A stretch of DNA of 64,000 bases. It comes from Alphaproteobacteria bacterium WMHbin7 (GTDB taxonomy: Bacteria > Pseudomonadota > Alphaproteobacteria > Rhodospirillales > WMHbin7). The notes below the pieces were generated by a model. The model had not been told where the DNA came from, did not search any database, and worked only from the letters and a program-made list of their open reading frames with translations. Location of the stretch: assembly GCA_002753155.1 (NCBI GenBank), contig PDZW01000011.1, positions 14,399-78,398 on the forward strand. Reading direction: 5' to 3'. Shown one piece after another: positions 59,655-64,000 of this stretch. How positions within the stretch are numbered: the stretch's first letter is position 1; each line of letters opens with the position of its first letter. A program made the position numbers and the translations under genes.

Positions 59655-61088
59655 ATGCCGCATCTGGCCGCCACCAACGAACTTTTCTTCGGCCCCACGG
59701 GGCTTGATCCCCATACCGCCCAACGCCTCGTGGCCGGAGCCCTGGAGGGCTGCGACGACGGCGAACTCTTCTTGGAATCGCGCCAGAGCGAAAGCATAGC
59801 CCTTGATGACGGGCGCATCAAAAGTGCCAGCTTCGATTCCGGCATCGGATTCGGATTGCGTGCCGTGGCCGATGAAGCCGTGGGCTTCGCCCATGCCAGC
59901 GAGGTCAGCGAGGCGGCCCTTGCCCGCGCCGGTGAGGCCGTGCGGGCCGTGCGCCACGGCCATTCGGGAATCCTGGCCGCTCCCCCCCCGGGCACCAACC
60001 GCCAGCTTTATACCGAGGCCAATCCCCTGGCCAGCGCACCGTTCGATGCCAAGGTGTCCCTGCTGGGCGAGATCGACGCCTATGCCCGATCGGCTGATTC
60101 GCGCGTCATGCAGGTCATGGCCTCGATTCTGGGCTCGTGGCAGGCCGTGCGAATCTTGAGGGCCGACGGATCGGAATCGGCCGATATCAGGCCCCTGGTC
60201 CGTCTCAATGTCTCGGTGGTGCTGAATCAGAACGGACGCATGGAAACCGGCAGCCACGGCTTCGGCGGCCGCGTGGGCTTCGACGGCCTGCTCGACCCCA
60301 CTGCCTGGAAGGATGCCGTGAACGAGGCCATCCGCCAAGCCAAGGTCAATCTCGAATCCATTCCGGCACCGGCGGGCGAGATGGAGGTGATCCTTGGCCC
60401 CGGCTGGCCGGGCGTGTTGCTGCACGAAGCCATCGGCCATGGCCTCGAGGGCGACTTCAACCGCAAGAAAACCTCGGCCTTCTCGGGCCTGATGGGCAAA
60501 CAGGTGGCGGCCAAGGGAGTCACGGTGGTCGATGACGGCACCCTGCCCGACCTGCGCGGCTCGATCACCATCGACGACGAAGGAACCCCTTCGGGGCGCA
60601 CCGTGCTGATCGAGGACGGCATCCTCACCGGCTATCTGTTTGACCGGCTGAATGCACGCCTGATGGGCCAGAAACCCACGGGCAACGGGCGGCGCCAAAG
60701 CTATGCCCATCCCCCCCTGCCCCGTATGACCAATACCTTCATGCTGGCCGGTGCCAACGAGCCTGAGGAAATGCTGGCTTCGATCAAGCACGGCATCTAT
60801 GCCGTTAATTTCGGCGGCGGCCAGGTGGATATCACCTCGGGCAAGTTCGTCTTCTCGGCCTCGGAAGCCTATCTGGTCGAGAACGGCAAGGTGGGGGCTC
60901 CGGTCAAGGGGGCTACGCTGACCGGCAACGGCCCCGATGCGCTGACCCGCATCACCATGATCGGCAACGATCTGAAGCTCGACCCCGGCATCGGCACCTG
61001 CGGCAAGGAAGGCCAGGGAGTCGCCGTGGGCGTGGGCCAGCCCAGCCTCAAGCTCTCGGCCATGACCGTGGGCGGAACGCAGGTTTAG
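59655..61088 (+). CDS. tldD: metalloprotease TldD
   Basis: GWPGVLLHEAIGHGLEGD, TGNGRR, PRMTNT, CGK.GQ. Confidence 0.96.
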   Translation: MPHLAATNELFFGPTGLDPHTAQRLVAGALEGCDDGELFLESRQSESIALDDGRIKSASFDSGIGFGLRAVADEAVGFAHASEVSEAALARAGEAVRAVRHGHSGILAAPPPGTNRQLYTEANPLASAPFDAKVSLLGEIDAYARSADSRVMQVMASILGSWQAVRILRADGSESADIRPLVRLNVSVVLNQNGRMETGSHGFGGRVGFDGLLDPTAWKDAVNEAIRQAKVNLESIPAPAGEMEVILGPGWPGVLLHEAIGHGLEGDFNRKKTSAFSGLMGKQVAAKGVTVVDDGTLPDLRGSITIDDEGTPSGRTVLIEDGILTGYLFDRLNARLMGQKPTGNGRRQSYAHPPLPRMTNTFMLAGANEPEEMLASIKHGIYAVNFGGGQVDITSGKFVFSASEAYLVENGKVGAPVKGATLTGNGPDALTRITMIGNDLKLDPGIGTCGKEGQGVAVGVGQPSLKLSAMTVGGTQV

Positions 61089-61131
61089 GAAAGCTGCTGC
61101 TATCTGGCAGGCGGTTCAGGCCGCCCAATGT

Positions 61132-61413
61132 CTACAGCCCCAATTCGCTATGCGATCCCAGGCGGATCAGTTCCAGCGTCTGGTCGTTGGGCTTTCGATA
61201 AATCAGAACAAGATCGGGCCGGATATGGCAGTCGCGATGGTCTTTCCATGTGCCGATCAGGGCATGATCGCGATGTCGTTCAGGGATTGGGGCATCGGAA
61301 ACCAGAAGAGTCACGACTTCCATCAAGTCGCCATCCAGCGTCTTGGCGAACCGCCCTTTCTTCTCGCGCTTATAGTCGCGCTTGAAGATACCAGTGCGCT
61401 CAATCGTCCGCAT
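61132..61413 (-). CDS. YafQ family toxin
   Basis: FKRDYK, RDHAL.G.W...RDCHI.PD..LIY, RLGSHSEL. Confidence 0.93.
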   Translation of the reverse strand: MRTIERTGIFKRDYKREKKGRFAKTLDGDLMEVVTLLVSDAPIPERHRDHALIGTWKDHRDCHIRPDLVLIYRKPNDQTLELIRLGSHSELGL

Positions 61414-61663
61414 TCAGATCGGCTAGCAGATCATCGATGCTCCCAACCCGTTCCAATTCGCCCCTGCGGGCCGCCTCCATGGCGGCGATGGTTTCGGCAT
61501 TGGGAATCAAGGGCTCGAACGGCAGGGCCTTTTCGCGGGCGATCCGAATCATCATCAGGCGGAAGGCGTCGGACACAGTCAGGCCCATGGCCGCCAACAC
61601 CGTGCTGGCTTCTTCCTTGATGCGTTCGTCGATTCGGGCGCGGACAACGGCATTGGCAGTCAT
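61400..61663 (-). CDS. DinJ/RelB family antitoxin
   Basis: VRARID..IK.EA..VL..MGLT.SDA.R, LPF, PNAET..A; GCTACA-A-TGTAGC palindrome upstream (61688-61700). Confidence 0.92.
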   Translation of the reverse strand: MTANAVVRARIDERIKEEASTVLAAMGLTVSDAFRLMMIRIAREKALPFEPLIPNAETIAAMEAARRGELERVGSIDDLLADLNADD

Positions 61664-61733
61664 GGCTCTCGCCTCCTTCACTCTCTGGGCTACAATGTAG
61701 CACACAGGGAGGGGAAAGGCAACGTCATCCGCC

Positions 61734-63392
61734 CTATCTTTTCTGTAGCGACAGGTCGTAGAGATCGAGGCGGCGGTCCTTCAGATTGCGAACACTGCCC
61801 CGCACATGCAAGTCACGAAGCAGACTGAGATCGAGATCGGCGATCAGCACCGTTTCGGTGTTGGGCGTCGCCTCGGCCGCCACACCGTCATGGGGGAAGG
61901 AAAAGTCCGAAGGTGTTAGAATCGCCGCTTGGGAATATTGGATATCCATATTCTCGACATTGGGCAGATTGCCCACACTGCCGGTAATCACCACATAGCA
62001 TTCATTCTCGATGGCCCGGGCCTGGGCGCAGTGGCGCAGGCGCAGATAGGCGTTCTTGGTGTCCGTCCAGTAGGGAACGAACAAGACCTGCATGCCCTGA
62101 TCGGCCAGCAGGCGGGGCAGTTCCGGAAACTCGACGTCATAACAGATCAGAATGCCGATGCGCCCGATATCGGTGTTGAAGACTTTTAAGAAATCGCCGC
62201 CCTTGACCCCCCAATAGGATTTCTCGTCGGGCGTGATATGCAGCTTGTACTGGGCATCCGATGTGCCATCGCGGCGCATAAGATAGGCCACGTTGCGCAA
62301 TTCCATGTCTTCGTATTCGGGCATGCTACCCGCGATGATGTTGACATTGTAGGAGACGGCAAGGCGCTGCAATTCTTCGCGCATGCTGGCACCATATTCG
62401 GCCAGATGGCGCACCGCCAGGGCGGGATCGGGATCGTTGGCCAGCGCCATCAGAGGCGCCCCGAAGAATTCCGGCAGCAGCATGAAATCGGCCTTGTAGC
62501 CCGCCACGGCATCGACGAAGAACTCGATCTGACGCATCAGTTCGGCAAAGGAGGCGACGGGGCGCATCTGCCATTGAACGGCGCCCACCCGCACCACTTC
62601 CTTGGGCTGGCCCACCTGCACCAATCCTGGCTTGTCGTCGTAATTGATGTTGATCCATTCCAGAAGCGTGGCATAGCCCCTGGTCTCGCGGTCCAGAGGC
62701 TCGTAGTCGGTGATGACGCGCCTGACATGGAAATCATTGGCCAGTTGGAAGCTTAAGACCGGATCGTGCAACTCCTTGTTCTTGACCAGTTCGATATACT
62801 GGCGCGGCGTCATCTTGCCGCAATAGGCCTTGTAGCCGGGAATGCGCCCACCGGCCACGATGGCGCGCAGATTCATATTCTCACACATTTCCTTGCGGGC
62901 ATCGTAAAGGCGCCTTCCTAAGCGCAGATCGCGAAAATCGGGATCGACAAAAAGGTCGATGCCATAAAGCGTATCGCCATCGGGATTATGCGTGGTGATA
63001 TAGCCGTTGGCCGTGATGTCGGCATAGGTGTGCTTGTCGCCCCAGTCGGCATACTGGACGATCAGGCTAAGCGCCACCGCCACCACGCGCCCCTTGTTCT
63101 CGATGCATATCTGGCCTTCGGGAAAGCGCTCAAGCTGCGAGGCGATCTGCTCACGGGTCCAGGCCCCGCCCATATGGGCATAGACCCGGTCCATGATCGA
63201 CTGCACATCGTCGTAATCGTCAAGCAGAAGATGGCGCAGGACCAGCTTATGGGTGCGCTTGCGCCGCTTCTTTTTGTGAACTTCCTGGGATGGCACAAGA
63301 ATCTGCGAGGCGGATTGCGCCCTGGGGGCCTGCCCAGCATGGGCGGCCTTTTTCCCCTTCCTGCGCTTCTTAACCTTATGCACGTTGGTCAA
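61734..63392 (-). CDS. GNAT + carbon-nitrogen hydrolase fusion
   Basis: FPEGQ, V.PDFR.LRLGRRLY.ARK; nitrilase triad PEFF, YKLH, ICYDVEF. Confidence 0.9.
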   Translation of the reverse strand: MTNVHKVKKRRKGKKAAHAGQAPRAQSASQILVPSQEVHKKKRRKRTHKLVLRHLLLDDYDDVQSIMDRVYAHMGGAWTREQIASQLERFPEGQICIENKGRVVAVALSLIVQYADWGDKHTYADITANGYITTHNPDGDTLYGIDLFVDPDFRDLRLGRRLYDARKEMCENMNLRAIVAGGRIPGYKAYCGKMTPRQYIELVKNKELHDPVLSFQLANDFHVRRVITDYEPLDRETRGYATLLEWININYDDKPGLVQVGQPKEVVRVGAVQWQMRPVASFAELMRQIEFFVDAVAGYKADFMLLPEFFGAPLMALANDPDPALAVRHLAEYGASMREELQRLAVSYNVNIIAGSMPEYEDMELRNVAYLMRRDGTSDAQYKLHITPDEKSYWGVKGGDFLKVFNTDIGRIGILICYDVEFPELPRLLADQGMQVLFVPYWTDTKNAYLRLRHCAQARAIENECYVVITGSVGNLPNVENMDIQYSQAAILTPSDFSFPHDGVAAEATPNTETVLIADLDLSLLRDLHVRGSVRNLKDRRLDLYDLSLQKR

Positions 63393-63476
63393 CCCGAAGT
63401 TATCGGGAGCAGACTAGGTTATGGATGGGTGCAAGTGGGGTGACAGTTTTATGTCATAACGAAGTGCCGGAAAGCT

Positions 63477-63842
63477 TCAGCACTTCTTCTCTTTCTCGAT
63501 GCGGCGCACCTTGGCGGCTGCCATGTCCATCAGGTCCCAGAAGATGCCAGAATCGCTGTAGCCTTCGAAACGCACGGCCTCGGCCCCGCAGGCCATGGCG
63601 ACAAAGGTGGGCGACAGCTTCACATCCAGAATCTGCTCGTAGCCTTTGGGGCGTTCGGCCTTGATGTCGATGCGCTTCAGCGGCAGCAGGGCCGCCAGAT
63701 CGGAATTGCCGTAATGCTGGCCGATGTCGCGTTTCCAGGCGGCGCAATAGGGGCAGCCCTCGGTCTCGAACATCACCAACTCGCCCGCCCGGGCCGAGGA
63801 TGTCGCCAGAAACAGGGACAGAAACAGAATCGCCGTCTTCAT
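63477..63842 (-). CDS. exported thioredoxin-like protein (SoxS-like)
   Basis: signal peptide; ELVMFE..GCPYC..W, SPTFV, R.EGY. Confidence 0.75.
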   Translation of the reverse strand: MKTAILFLSLFLATSSARAGELVMFETEGCPYCAAWKRDIGQHYGNSDLAALLPLKRIDIKAERPKGYEQILDVKLSPTFVAMACGAEAVRFEGYSDSGIFWDLMDMAAAKVRRIEKEKKC

Positions 63843-63853
63843 CGTTGCCTCAT

Positions 63854-64000
63854 TCAGCCGAAAATGGATGCCAAAAGGTCGTCTTCCCACTTGCGCCGGG
63901 CCGCCAGATTTACCGGTGTCCCCTTGGCCTCGATATCGGGATCAGAGTGTAGCTTCATCTCGCCCTTGTCCATATGCACCTGAAAACGCGAGACTGTGCG
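63854..64000 (-). CDS. 3' end of a gene truncated by the window edge (unknown)
   Basis: open frame RTVSRFQVHMDKGEMKLHSDPDIEAKG...WEDDLLASIFG* ending 11 nt before the next start. Confidence 0.55.
   Translation of the reverse strand, partial: RTVSRFQVHMDKGEMKLHSDPDIEAKGTPVNLAARRKWEDDLLASIFG

Noticed and set aside
63477-64000. sox gene cluster
   Set aside because: Only a SoxS-like thioredoxin is visible, and the truncated upstream ORF is not recognisable as a Sox protein.

Overview
GC-rich bacterial chromosomal segment. Gene content and order (petP/petR-like MarR-OmpR-EnvZ beside ilvE, a DivL-like pseudokinase, DUF1476/zeta, uvrC-pgsA-mobB-moaD-moaE, Flp pilin) point to an alphaproteobacterium, probably Rhodospirillales-like (inference). 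The backbone is housekeeping (carA, rhlE, purB, xseA, purD, tadA, rluB, rsmD, dinG, queC, ilvE, uvrC, folB, tldD). It is interrupted by six stand-alone type II toxin-antitoxin pairs, a DNA methyltransferase-Mrr-type nuclease fusion and several palindromic intergenic elements. I found no transposase, integrase, rRNA, tRNA or CRISPR array. The most notable candidates are: (1) an orphan flp pilin-prepilin peptidase-GT87 (GT-C) unit, possibly a pilin glycosylation system, with a GGA-rich leader; (2) a dsrE-tusA-type III SQR-DUF1641-like sulfur operon plus a second tusA with an SqrR/BigR-like operator; (3) a DARS-like DnaA-box triplet upstream of uvrC; (4) a zeta-ychJ-ykgJ-ychJ operon; (5) an O-GlcNAc-transferase-like TPR protein bracketed by two TA modules; (6) a GGGGTC-ended inverted-repeat element with stuttered ends. 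All family assignments come from motif recognition by eye, not database searches, and several start codons are my estimates.
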